Shown piece after piece: positions 28,101-35,402 of a stretch of DNA of 64,000 nucleotides. The notes beneath the pieces were generated by a model. That model was not told the origin of the DNA. It did not search any database and saw nothing but the letters and a program-made list of their open reading frames with translations. This stretch comes from an uncultured Acidobacteriota bacterium (GTDB lineage: Bacteria; Acidobacteriota; Thermoanaerobaculia; Multivoradales; UBA5704). The stretch is from assembly GCA_963770895.1 (NCBI GenBank), contig CAVYRF010000001.1:704481-768480 (forward strand). Direction: 5' to 3'. The position numbers and the translations under genes were made by a program. The stretch's first letter is position 1. Every line of letters starts with the position of its first letter.

Positions 28101-31100
28101 GGCGGCGCCTACCTGGCGCTCGATCCGGCGCAGCCGCGGGAGCGCCGGGCGCAGATCCTGGCCGAGTCGTCGGCACTCCTGGTCGTCGCCGCGAGTCCTG
28201 CGGCGCCCACCGCTCCGGTTACCGCCGCCACCGCCGCCGCCTCCTCCTCCGTCATCGCGGCCACCACCGCCGCCGCCGCCGCGCGCCCGTCCGCGGTCGA
28301 GGGCCTGATGCTGCTCGGCCCGGACGGGCGCGCGGCGGCGCTGGGCGCCGCGGCCGGCGCCACCCCCCGGCGCACCCCGTTCCCCCCGGCCCCGGATCCG
28401 GACCCCGACAACGCCGCCTACGTCCTCTACACCTCCGGCTCCGGCGGCGCGCCCAAGGGCGTCGTGGTCAGCCATCGCGCCGTCGTCAACCGTCTGCGCT
28501 ACCAGGTTGCCGCCGACCTCGCGCCCGACTCGCGGGTGCTGCAACGGGCGCGCCTCGCCTTCGACGTCTCGGTGCTGGAGCTGTTCGCGCCGCTCTGGGC
28601 GGGCGCCGCGGTGGTGCTGATCGATGCCGCCCGCCAGCAGGACGCCGGCTACCTGGCCCGCGTCGTGGCCGCGCAGCAGGTCACCAACTTCAACGCGCCG
28701 CCGGCGTTGCTCCCGGCCCTGCTGGCCGAAGACGAGCTCCGCCGCTGCCGCGCGCTGCGCCGCGTGGTGCTGGGCGGCGAGCGGGTGCCGGTCGACCTCG
28801 CTCACCGATTCGCGACGATGATGGCGGCTGGGCCTGGGGCGGCGCCGTTGCTGCTGTCGCGCTACGGTCCGACCGAGGCCACCATCTCGGTGACCGAATG
28901 GCACTGCCGCCCCGCGCCGGCCGCGCCTGCCGGTTCGGCCGGACCGCTCGGCTGGCCGATCGCCGGCGCTCGCCTCCACCTGCTGGACCGCCATGGCCGC
29001 GAGGTGCCGCCCTCGGCTCCGGGCGAGCTCTGCATCGGCGGCATCTGCCTGGCGCGCGCCTATCTCGCCCGGCCCGACCTGACCGCCGCGGCGTTCATCC
29101 CGGACCCCTTCGCGGCGCCGGGCGAAGAGGCGGGCAGCCGCCTCTACCGCACCGGCGACCTGGCGCGCCGGCGCGCCGGCGGCGAGCTGGAATTCCTCGG
29201 CCGCATCGACCGCCAGGTCAAGATCCGCGGCTTCCGCGTCGAGCTGGGCGACGTCGAGGCGGCGCTCGCCCGCCACCCCGGTGTGCGCGAAACGGCGGTG
29301 GTGGACCGCGACGAGCCGGCGACCGGCGGCAGGCGCCTGGTGGCCTACGTGGTGCCCCGCCAGGCGGATGCCGGCGGGCTCGAGCCGCAGGCGCTACGGT
29401 CTTTCGTCGCGGAGCACCTGCCGCCCTACATGCTGCCCGCCGCCTGGGTCCTGCTGGACTGCCTGCCGCTCACCGCCAACGGCAAGCTGGACCGGCGGGC
29501 GCTGCCCGAGCCGGCCGACCTGTCGCCGGCGGCGGACGCGGCGGAGCCGGCTGCGCTGGACGGGGCGAGCGGCCGCCGCGGCGCCGCCCCCCGCACCCCG
29601 GCCGAAGAGCTGCTGGCGGGGATCTGGTGCCAGCTCCTGGGCGTCCGGCAGGTATCCATCGGGGACGACTTTTTTCACCTGGGCGGCCATTCGCTGCTCG
29701 CCACCCAGCTGGTGTCCCGGCTGAGCGCGACGCTGGCGGTCGACCTTCCCCTGGCCAAGGTTTTCGAGCACCCCACCCTGGCGGCGATGGCGTCGGCGAT
29801 CGAGCAGGCGCGCGGCCTGGGCGGCGCGGAGCCCACCGTCGCCGGGCTCGCCGGCCGTCTGACGCCGGCGCACGAAGCCGGCGGCGGCGCCGGCCGGGGC
29901 GACGGCGCGCGGCCGGTGCCGCTACCGCTCCTGCCGCGGCAGGCGGGCGGCGCCGCGGCGCAGCTGCCGCTGTCGTTTGCCCAGCAGCGGCTCTGGTTCC
30001 TGGACCGCCTGGCGCCCGGCTCGCCGGCCTACAACATGCCGCTGGCGGTGCGGCTCTCCGGCGACCTGGACATCCCCGCCCTGGCTGCCGGCGTCGCCGC
30101 CCTGGTGGCGCGGCACGAGACCCTGCGCACCACCTTCCACGAGACCGCGGGCGAGCCCTGGCAGCGGATCGCGCCGCCGCTCGCCGCCGGTGCCAGCTCC
30201 GGCGCCGGCGCCGGCGCGGCCGCCACAAGCGCGCTGCCGGTCGTCGACCTGCGGGCGCTGGTGGACGCCGGTGAACCGGACGGCGAGCCGGGCGGTGGGC
30301 CGGGGCTGGATGCCGGCTGGCCAGGTCAGCCGGATGGTTTCGCGCCGCTGCCGCTGCCGCGGCGCGCGCTCGCCGCGGCGCTCGACCTGGCCGCGGCCGC
30401 GGCGCGGCGGCCCTTCGACCTGGCGCGCGGCCCGCTCTTCCGGCCCCTCCTGCTGCGGTTGACCGGGCGCGAGCACCTCTGGCTGGGGACCATGCACCAC
30501 ATCGTCTCCGACGGCTGGTCGCTGGGCGTCCTGGTGCGCGAGCTGACCGCCGTCTACGCCGCGCTGGCGGCCGGCCGGGAGCCCCGTCTGCCGGCCCTGC
30601 CGGTGCAGTACGCCGACTACGCCGCCTGGCAGCGCCAGCGCCTGTCCGGCGACCTCTTGGCGGCGCAGATCGCCCACTGGCGCGAGCGCCTGGCGGGCCT
30701 GCCGGCGCGGCTCGACCTGCCGGTGGACCGGCCGCGCCCGGCCGTCGAAACCGTCGCCGGCGCCCAGCGGCGCTGGCGCCTGGCCGGCGACGTGGCCGGC
30801 CGGCTGCGCCAGCTGGCGGCAGCGTCGGGGGCGACCCCGTTCATGGTCCTGGTCGCCGCCTTCCAGGCGCTCCTGGGGCGCTGGTCCGGTCAACAGGACC
30901 TGGCGGTTGGCACGCCGATCGCCGGCCGCAACCGCATCGAGATCGAAGGCCTGATCGGCTTCTTCGTCAACACCCTGGTGCTGCGCGCCGATCTCTCCAG
31001 CGGGCCGCGGCGCCTGGCGTTCGACCAGCTGCTGGCCCGCACCCGCGAGGCGACCCTGGCCGCGTACGCCCATCAGGAGCTGCCGTTCGAACGGCTGGTC

Positions 31101-34100
31101 GAAGAGCTGGCCCTGCCCCGCGACCTCGCCTCGACGCCGCTGTTTCAAGTCATGTTCGCGCTGCAGAACGCGCCCGCGGGGGGCCTCGAGCTGCCGGGCC
31201 TCCGCCTGGCGCCCGTCGCGGTCGGCTCGCGCACCGCCAAGTTCGACCTCACCCTGTCGCTGTCCGAATCCGCCGCGTTCGCTGCTGCGCTCGCACCGGC
31301 GCCGGACCAGGCGGCAACCTTTGCCGGCTGGCTCGAATACAAGACCGACCTGTTCGACGGCGCCACCGCCGAGCGCCTGCTGGACCACTTCGCCGCCCTG
31401 CTCGAGCGCGTCACCGCCGACCCCTCGGCGCCGCTCGCGGACCTCGACCTGCTGGGCGCCGCCCAGCGCCACCAGCTGCTCGTGGAATGGGGGCACGGCC
31501 CGGCGCTCGATACCGCCGGCGCGGCCGTCACCCTCGACCAGTATTTCGAAGCCTCCGTCGACCGCGCCCCCGACGCGGTGGCGCTGGTCTGCGAGCACGC
31601 CAGCCTCACCTACGGTCAGCTCGACCGGCGGGCCAACCGCCTCGCCCATCACCTGCGCCGCCTGGGAGTCGGGCCGGAGACCCCCGTCGCCCTCTGCCTC
31701 GAACGCTCGCTCGACATGGTGGTCGCCATCCTCGCCATCGTCAAGGCAGGAGGCGCCTACGTGCCGCTAGACCCCAGCTATCCGCAAGAGCGCCTGCGTT
31801 TCATCGCCGCCGACGCCCTGGCCGCCGCCAGGCGTCCGGTCCTGGTCACCCGCAGCGGCCTCGCCGGCCGCTTCGTCCGTCTACTGGGTGGGGGCGGTGG
31901 GGAAGGGGAGGGGGTCGGGACCGCCAGCACGCCCTTCCAGCTGGTCCTGGTCGACGCCCACCAGCGGCGCATCGCCCGCGCCCGCGCCAGCGCCCGCCGC
32001 CCGCGCGCCGGCGTGCCGTCCGCCGGTCTGGCCTATGTCATCTATACCTCCGGCTCGACCGGCCGCCCCAAGGGGACGATGAACACCCACCGCGGCATCC
32101 TCAACCGCGTGCTATGGATGCAGGGCGCCCACCCCCTGACCCCCGGCGACCGGGTGATGCAGAAGACCCCCATGTCCTTCGACGTCTCGGTGGGCGAGCT
32201 CTTCTGGCCCCTGCTGGCCGGAGGCTGCCTGGTCCTGGCCCGCCCCGAGGGGCACAAGGACGCCGCCTACCTGGTGCGCCTGGTCTGCGAGCAGGCCATC
32301 TCCATCCTGCACTTCGTGCCGGCCCTGCTCGACCTCTTCCTCGACCAGCCGCAGGTGGCGCAATGCCGCAGCATGCGCCAGCTGGTGGTGGGCGGCGAAG
32401 TGCTCTCGGCCGAGCTGCGAGACCGCTTTCGGGCTCGCCTCCCGCACTGCGAGCTGCACAACCACTACGGCCCCACGGAAGCCGCCATCGACGTTTCGGC
32501 GTGGACCTGCCGGCACGCCGGCGAGCAGGCGCCGGTGCCCATCGGCCGGCCGGTCGCCAACACCTGGCTCTACGTCCTCGACCGCGACCTGCGCCCGCTG
32601 CCGGCGGGGGTGCCCGGCGAGCTGCTCATCGGCGGCGTCCAGCTCGCCCGCGGCTACCTCGGGCGCCCCGACCTGACCGCCGAGCGCTTTGTCCCCGACG
32701 CCTGGAGCGCCGGCGGGCGCCTCTACCGCACCGGCGACCTTGCCCGCCACCGGTCGGACGGCGCCCTGGAATACCTCGGCCGCCTGGACCACCAGGTGAA
32801 GCTGCGCGGCTTCCGCATCGAGCTCGGCGAGATCGAGACGGTGCTCGCCGGACACCCGGCCGTGCGCCAGGCAGCGGTGCTCCTGGTGGATGCGCCGCCG
32901 GCAGGCGCTCAGCTGGTGGCCTGCGTGGTGGCACAACCGGGCGCCGGCACCGGCGCCGAGGCTGCCGCGATCTGGCCGGAGCTGCGCGCCTTCCTCGCCG
33001 CGCGGCTGCCCGACCACATGGTGCCGGCGGCGGTGGTCTGGAGCGCGGCGCTGCCCACCACGCCCAACGGCAAGATCGACCGCCGCGTCCTCACACAGCA
33101 GGCCGCCGACGCCGCGGCGGCGGTACGCGGCACCGCCCTGCCTGCCGCCGCCCCGCCCCGCGATGCCGTCGAAGCCGCCCTGACCGCGATCTGGTCCGAG
33201 ATCCTGGGCCGCGGCACGCTCGACCGCGACGACAACTTCTTCGACCTGGGCGGCCACTCGCTGCTCGCCGTCCGCCTGATGGCCAGGATTCGCCAGCGCT
33301 TCGGCCGCGAGCTGCCCCTGCAGACCCTGTTCCGCGCTGCCACCGTGGGGCAACAGGCGGCGTTGCTGCGAGCCGGCGCGGCGACCGCCGGCCGCTCCAT
33401 CCTGGTCGAGCTGACCCCCATGGCCAGCACCGCCGCCAACGCCGGCACCTCCACCAGCGCCGGCACGCCCACCAACGCCGGCACCTCCGCCGACGCCGGC
33501 ACCTCCGTCAAGGCTGGCAGCCCCGCCGCATCGGAGCCCGCAGCCCGCCCGTTCTTCTGCGTCCACCCCGCCGGCGGCAACGTCCTCTGCTACGCCGAGC
33601 TGGCGCGGTCGCTGGGAGCGGACCAACCCTTCTACGGCCTGCAACTGCCCGACCTGCGAGACCTGCCGCCCGACGCCACGGTCGAGGCGCTCGCCTCCCG
33701 CTACGTGACCGCCCTTCAAGCCGTGGCCCCCAACGGTCCCTATGCCCTGGGCGGCTGGTCGCTCGGCGGAGCCATCGCCTACGAGATGGCCCATCAGCTG
33801 CGCCTGGCCGGCGAACAGGTCGACCTGCTGGCCCTGATCGACCCCTCGCCGCTTTCCGTCACCCACCCGCAGTCGCCGGAACCGGAAGATCCTGAAACCT
33901 CGGCCGCAAGTCCGGCGACGACTGCCAGTGCCGGGATGCCGGCTGCGGAACCGGAAGATGGGAACCACGGCGCCGACGCGCAGCTCGCCGCCGCCTTTGC
34001 CTACGACCTGGCCGCCCTGAGCGGCCACGACGCTGCGCAGCTGGCCGCGGCGCACGCGTCGCTGCACCTCGATCCAACCCGCCCGCTGCCCGACCTGCTG

Positions 34101-34448
34101 GCGGCCGGCCGCGCCGCCGGCCTGCTGCCAGCCGACCTGGCAACCGACGACGTGGAGCGGCTCTTTGACCTCTTCCGTACGACCTGGCAAGCCTTCCGCC
34201 GCTATCGCCCCGAGCCCTACCCAGGCCGCCTAACCCTCCTGCGTGCCGCCCACCGCCGATCGTCCGCCAACGGCCATCCGCCGACAGAGCCCGCCGCCGC
34301 CTGGGCCGCGCTAGCCCGCCAAGGCGCCGACATCGAAACCCTGGCCGGCGACCACTACTCGATCGTCCGCCCACCCGCCGTCGATCGCCTGGCCCAAGCC
34401 CTCCGCCGCCGTCTGACCGCAACCAGCCGCGGCTCCGGCCCCAAGTGA
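22104..34448 (+). CDS. non-ribosomal peptide synthetase, T-C-A-T-C-A-T-C-A-T-TE
   Basis: 4114 aa with a GTG start at 22104. Carrier serines are at 22341 (LGLDSL), 26241, 29691 and 33258 (all GGHSL). C-domain HHxxxD motifs are at 23001, 26859 and 30495. A-domain cores YTSGSTGRPKG are near 24690 and 32045, with YTSGSGGAPKG near 28430. A10 motifs are NGKVDRRAL, NGKLDRRAL and NGKIDRRVL. The TE GWSLGG serine is at 33759. I recognised no E, MT or reductase domain. Confidence 0.97.
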   Translation: MSDSEHPFAARGAGAAPQDLAPAGDLDGGDGRDAMLRAAGPEERAALALAWLRRQAAATLDRDAAQLPADRSLVALGLDSLAAAELSGAVENILKVPLGVADLLAGASLAELAGDIARNLDEAAAASHAGQAGGTVHAGDDGRQVVVPEPHRAGAPPPAAPSPRTALSWGQRALWLVDRMAPGNPAYILAGAAHVGVGAARGGDLDVARLCQAITALVARHAALRMRCEQGSDGEVVQVVGDQPLFGWLEVDAGVLSEQGLHELVAEEAWRPFDLARGPLLRVALFRGGGRAPLLVLAVHHIVADFWSLGVMIDQLGALYQGRLLAPLAATHGEHARRQAERLAGPEGEALAAWWRAALPPGAPALELPTDRPRPPVQGFRGGARTRWWERELVGELDRLGRRAGATPFMTLLAAYMTLLHRYTGQPELRVGTPASGRGAPDLSGLVGYFVNPLVVRGELAGNPGFEQLLSRVRQAVLAVFAHQDFPFALLAELLGGARDPSRPPVFQAMFVFYSERRAGERGMSGFALGEAGARLDLGGLTLESVRLPRRGAQVDLTLLAADRDDRDQRAEREGARAVSLQFDSVLFDGATAERMLGHLCALAAAAVADPGCGIRDLPLLTAGERQQVAEWNATAVAWPGDLRLHQLFEEQARRTPDAVAVVVDAATDADADADADTGADTAGAGSRRGPAPPAAGRAVASAACWTYRGLDRRADRLARRLRQAGVGPESVVAILAERSAAMVAGLLAILKAGGAYLPLDPDHPAERLRQMLHDSGAGVLLAQRRLLPRLGEPDAPPVVAAAVLVLDDPDRDDSAQDEQDDPATGGAAFGAAALALAPDGRPERAPPPLERAVHPDSLAYVIYTSGSTGRPKGTMNTHRGIVNRLLWMQQQYRLAADDRVLQKTPLSFDVSVWELFWPLATGACLVMARPGGHRDSGYLLAALAAHQITTVHFVPAMLSDLLAALPPRGDASSGAGPWDAAPAGLRRVVASGEALPYGLQQRYYAALAAPLHNLYGPTEAAVDVTHWATDPDADRRLVPIGRPVANTWIRLVDRQGGLVPIGVPGELCIGGVQLARGYLGRPALTAERFVPDPLGDAAGARLYRTGDLARYLPDGAIDYLGRLDHQVKIRGVRIELGEIEAALLRHPAVREAVVTVAAVADHASPAGADPRLAAYLVTRGAAAPPRAGEPAAGEPAAPPAAPAAAPPSDLADDLRRLLRQSLPEAMIPAAFVVLPALPLSANGKVDRRALPAPRWGAAAVAGTPPRTADQEILAGLFAELLGLTVAGDRSGDSSGNGGSRASGDSSDDGESSGNGGSSGNGGSRGSVDSGGSGAAAGGWVAGTQGGEAADARGVAAASGGEQGGGLGIDQSFFDLGGHSLLATRLLARVRQVFAVELPLRQVFEAPTVARLAAAIAAARRGDLAAAPPLVPLPPAARQGPLALSFAQERMWFLDQLEGGGATYNMPGVLRLAGPLQVAALRAGLAEVCRRHEVLRTTFTVRDGAAGPVARVARPAAAPGPPLPLVDLSGLAAGCRQAVASRLAALEARRPFDLVAGPVLRAVLLRLSGGPPAAAQALHLLLLTLHHIAADAESVEVLARELAALYTAGATGRPPDAAALPPLPVQYADFAAWQRAALSGDRRAAEVAFWREQLAGARGAPPVLELPCDRPRGTVSGRRGARRPVVLPAALAGRLAAVARDHRATLFIALLAAFDTLLGRYGGQDDVAVGVPVANRDRAQIQPLIGLFVNTLVLRLDLSGDPTFGELLGRARQTALAAYGHQEMPFEQLVAHLQPRRAAGESPFFQVVLALQPGLAAPAMAGLAVELAPGDTGTAKFDLSLALDVAPDGSLAGTWTWRAGLFDPATIERLSVQLRQLLAAVAAGEPGPAGRLSELPLLGPAERHQLQREWNDVWQPGGGDLLHAAFERRAAQVPDAVAAVEAGHDGLMGRSLTYGELAARAGRLACRLAALGVAPERIVGVSLPPSLDLLVALLGILKAGGAYLALDPAQPRERRAQILAESSALLVVAASPAAPTAPVTAATAAASSSVIAATTAAAAARPSAVEGLMLLGPDGRAAALGAAAGATPRRTPFPPAPDPDPDNAAYVLYTSGSGGAPKGVVVSHRAVVNRLRYQVAADLAPDSRVLQRARLAFDVSVLELFAPLWAGAAVVLIDAARQQDAGYLARVVAAQQVTNFNAPPALLPALLAEDELRRCRALRRVVLGGERVPVDLAHRFATMMAAGPGAAPLLLSRYGPTEATISVTEWHCRPAPAAPAGSAGPLGWPIAGARLHLLDRHGREVPPSAPGELCIGGICLARAYLARPDLTAAAFIPDPFAAPGEEAGSRLYRTGDLARRRAGGELEFLGRIDRQVKIRGFRVELGDVEAALARHPGVRETAVVDRDEPATGGRRLVAYVVPRQADAGGLEPQALRSFVAEHLPPYMLPAAWVLLDCLPLTANGKLDRRALPEPADLSPAADAAEPAALDGASGRRGAAPRTPAEELLAGIWCQLLGVRQVSIGDDFFHLGGHSLLATQLVSRLSATLAVDLPLAKVFEHPTLAAMASAIEQARGLGGAEPTVAGLAGRLTPAHEAGGGAGRGDGARPVPLPLLPRQAGGAAAQLPLSFAQQRLWFLDRLAPGSPAYNMPLAVRLSGDLDIPALAAGVAALVARHETLRTTFHETAGEPWQRIAPPLAAGASSGAGAGAAATSALPVVDLRALVDAGEPDGEPGGGPGLDAGWPGQPDGFAPLPLPRRALAAALDLAAAAARRPFDLARGPLFRPLLLRLTGREHLWLGTMHHIVSDGWSLGVLVRELTAVYAALAAGREPRLPALPVQYADYAAWQRQRLSGDLLAAQIAHWRERLAGLPARLDLPVDRPRPAVETVAGAQRRWRLAGDVAGRLRQLAAASGATPFMVLVAAFQALLGRWSGQQDLAVGTPIAGRNRIEIEGLIGFFVNTLVLRADLSSGPRRLAFDQLLARTREATLAAYAHQELPFERLVEELALPRDLASTPLFQVMFALQNAPAGGLELPGLRLAPVAVGSRTAKFDLTLSLSESAAFAAALAPAPDQAATFAGWLEYKTDLFDGATAERLLDHFAALLERVTADPSAPLADLDLLGAAQRHQLLVEWGHGPALDTAGAAVTLDQYFEASVDRAPDAVALVCEHASLTYGQLDRRANRLAHHLRRLGVGPETPVALCLERSLDMVVAILAIVKAGGAYVPLDPSYPQERLRFIAADALAAARRPVLVTRSGLAGRFVRLLGGGGGEGEGVGTASTPFQLVLVDAHQRRIARARASARRPRAGVPSAGLAYVIYTSGSTGRPKGTMNTHRGILNRVLWMQGAHPLTPGDRVMQKTPMSFDVSVGELFWPLLAGGCLVLARPEGHKDAAYLVRLVCEQAISILHFVPALLDLFLDQPQVAQCRSMRQLVVGGEVLSAELRDRFRARLPHCELHNHYGPTEAAIDVSAWTCRHAGEQAPVPIGRPVANTWLYVLDRDLRPLPAGVPGELLIGGVQLARGYLGRPDLTAERFVPDAWSAGGRLYRTGDLARHRSDGALEYLGRLDHQVKLRGFRIELGEIETVLAGHPAVRQAAVLLVDAPPAGAQLVACVVAQPGAGTGAEAAAIWPELRAFLAARLPDHMVPAAVVWSAALPTTPNGKIDRRVLTQQAADAAAAVRGTALPAAAPPRDAVEAALTAIWSEILGRGTLDRDDNFFDLGGHSLLAVRLMARIRQRFGRELPLQTLFRAATVGQQAALLRAGAATAGRSILVELTPMASTAANAGTSTSAGTPTNAGTSADAGTSVKAGSPAASEPAARPFFCVHPAGGNVLCYAELARSLGADQPFYGLQLPDLRDLPPDATVEALASRYVTALQAVAPNGPYALGGWSLGGAIAYEMAHQLRLAGEQVDLLALIDPSPLSVTHPQSPEPEDPETSAASPATTASAGMPAAEPEDGNHGADAQLAAAFAYDLAALSGHDAAQLAAAHASLHLDPTRPLPDLLAAGRAAGLLPADLATDDVERLFDLFRTTWQAFRRYRPEPYPGRLTLLRAAHRRSSANGHPPTEPAAAWAALARQGADIETLAGDHYSIVRPPAVDRLAQALRRRLTATSRGSGPK
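25965..26200 (+). repeat. in-frame Ser/Gly/Asp low-complexity insertion with short tandem repeats inside NRPS carrier domain 1
   Basis: AGCAGCGGCAACGGCGG recurs at about 25983, 26037 and 26055. The peptide is GDRSGDSSGNGGSRASGDSSDDGESSGNGGSSGNGGSRGSVDSGGSG...GGEQGGG. It lies between EILAGLFAELLGL and GIDQSFFDLGGHSL. Confidence 0.7.
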
Positions 34449-34474
34449 GCGCCAAGCCCAGCGGGCGCGCATAT

Positions 34475-34717
34475 TCAATCGCTCAGCGACCTCTTCTCAC
34501 CCAGCAGATCCTCGATCTCCGCGAGCAGGTCATCAGCCTTTCCAGCGTATGCCCGCGCGAGACCCGCGTCAGTCTCCCGGCGACGCTTTGCTGAAAAATA
34601 GGTTTTGACAGCTGAGCTGATAAAGGCCGAACGACCCTTTTGTTGGGTTTCTGGATCGTCGTCGATCCGTCGCAGCAGCTCTTGATCCAGCCAGATCCTT
34701 ATGGGGCGAGTTGTCAT
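34475..34717 (-). CDS. ribbon-helix-helix (CopG/antitoxin-like) DNA-binding protein, orphan
   Basis: 80 aa from ATG 34717. The N-terminus (MTTRPIRIWLDQELLRRIDDD...RSAFISSAVKTY) fits an RHH beta-strand plus helices. The segment is noticeably lower in GC, and no toxin-like partner is adjacent. Confidence 0.6.
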   Translation of the reverse strand: MTTRPIRIWLDQELLRRIDDDPETQQKGRSAFISSAVKTYFSAKRRRETDAGLARAYAGKADDLLAEIEDLLGEKRSLSD

Positions 34718-34779
34718 GTTGTGATTATGCAATACAAGTTTGTGTTGTCGGGTCATCAAGTCGCGCGCGGCGCGCGGCG

Positions 34780-35196
34780 TCAGCCGGCGCGGAGCAGCAG
34801 GACGGGGACGTTGACGCTGTGCTGGACGCGGTTGGCGGTGACGCCCAGGAAGAGGTCGGCCAGGAAGCGGTGGCCGTGGGTGCTCATGGCGACCAGGTCG
34901 CAGCCGCGTTCGCGGACCCAGCGGACGATTTCGGTGGCGGGGTCGCCGTAGGCCAGCTCGGCCTGGGCGGGGATGCCCAGGGCCTCGAATTCGACGCGGA
35001 CGGCTTCCAGGTAGGCGGTGTCGTCGCGGATCTCGGGGCTCACGGCGTCGGGGCCGAAGGTGCGGGCGGCCCAGCCGGTGGCGACGTGCAACAGGACGAT
35101 GCGGGCCTGGGTGAGCTGGGCCAGGGGCTTGACGTGCTCGATGATGGCGCGATCGCTCCTGGTGGTGTCGAGGGTGACGAGAATGCACTGATACAT
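34780..35196 (-). CDS. universal stress protein (UspA family)
   Basis: 138 aa from ATG 35196 after GGAGG (complement of 35201-35205). Signature lines are MYQCILVTLD, DLVAMSTHGHRFLADLFLGVTANRVQHSVNVPVLLL. Confidence 0.85.
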   Translation of the reverse strand: MYQCILVTLDTTRSDRAIIEHVKPLAQLTQARIVLLHVATGWAARTFGPDAVSPEIRDDTAYLEAVRVEFEALGIPAQAELAYGDPATEIVRWVRERGCDLVAMSTHGHRFLADLFLGVTANRVQHSVNVPVLLLRAG

Positions 35197-35216
35197 CGCC
35201 CCTCCTGCGCAGCCGT

Positions 35217-35382
35217 TAGTGGCCTGTCCTGGAGAATTCGAAAGCGGATGGCGCCGGCAATCGGCGGCGGGGGCCAGGCGCGCCGACGCAGGCATAGTCG
35301 GAACTATGTCGAGGAGGCGCAACGCCGCACCCGCCGTCGAGGGCAAGCCAGGCGCTTTCGAATTCTCCAGGACAGGCCACTA
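35217..35382. repeat. perfect 30-bp inverted repeat flanking a 106-nt core (MITE-like element or long-stem RNA)
   Basis: 35217-35246 (TAGTGGCCTGTCCTGGAGAATTCGAAAGCG) is the exact reverse complement of 35353-35382. The element lies in the 206-nt gap between the mntH stop and the usp start. The outermost TA could be a TA target duplication. Confidence 0.8.
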
Positions 35383-35402
35383 GTGTGCCGCCGCCATGGG
35401 AA

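Noticed and set aside
24429-29276. 1615-aa antisense ORF and the 26120..30274 out-of-frame 1384-aa ORF inside the NRPS
   Set aside because: The NRPS frame carries every canonical C/A/T core motif. These alternative frames carry none and are Arg/Pro/Gly-dominated.
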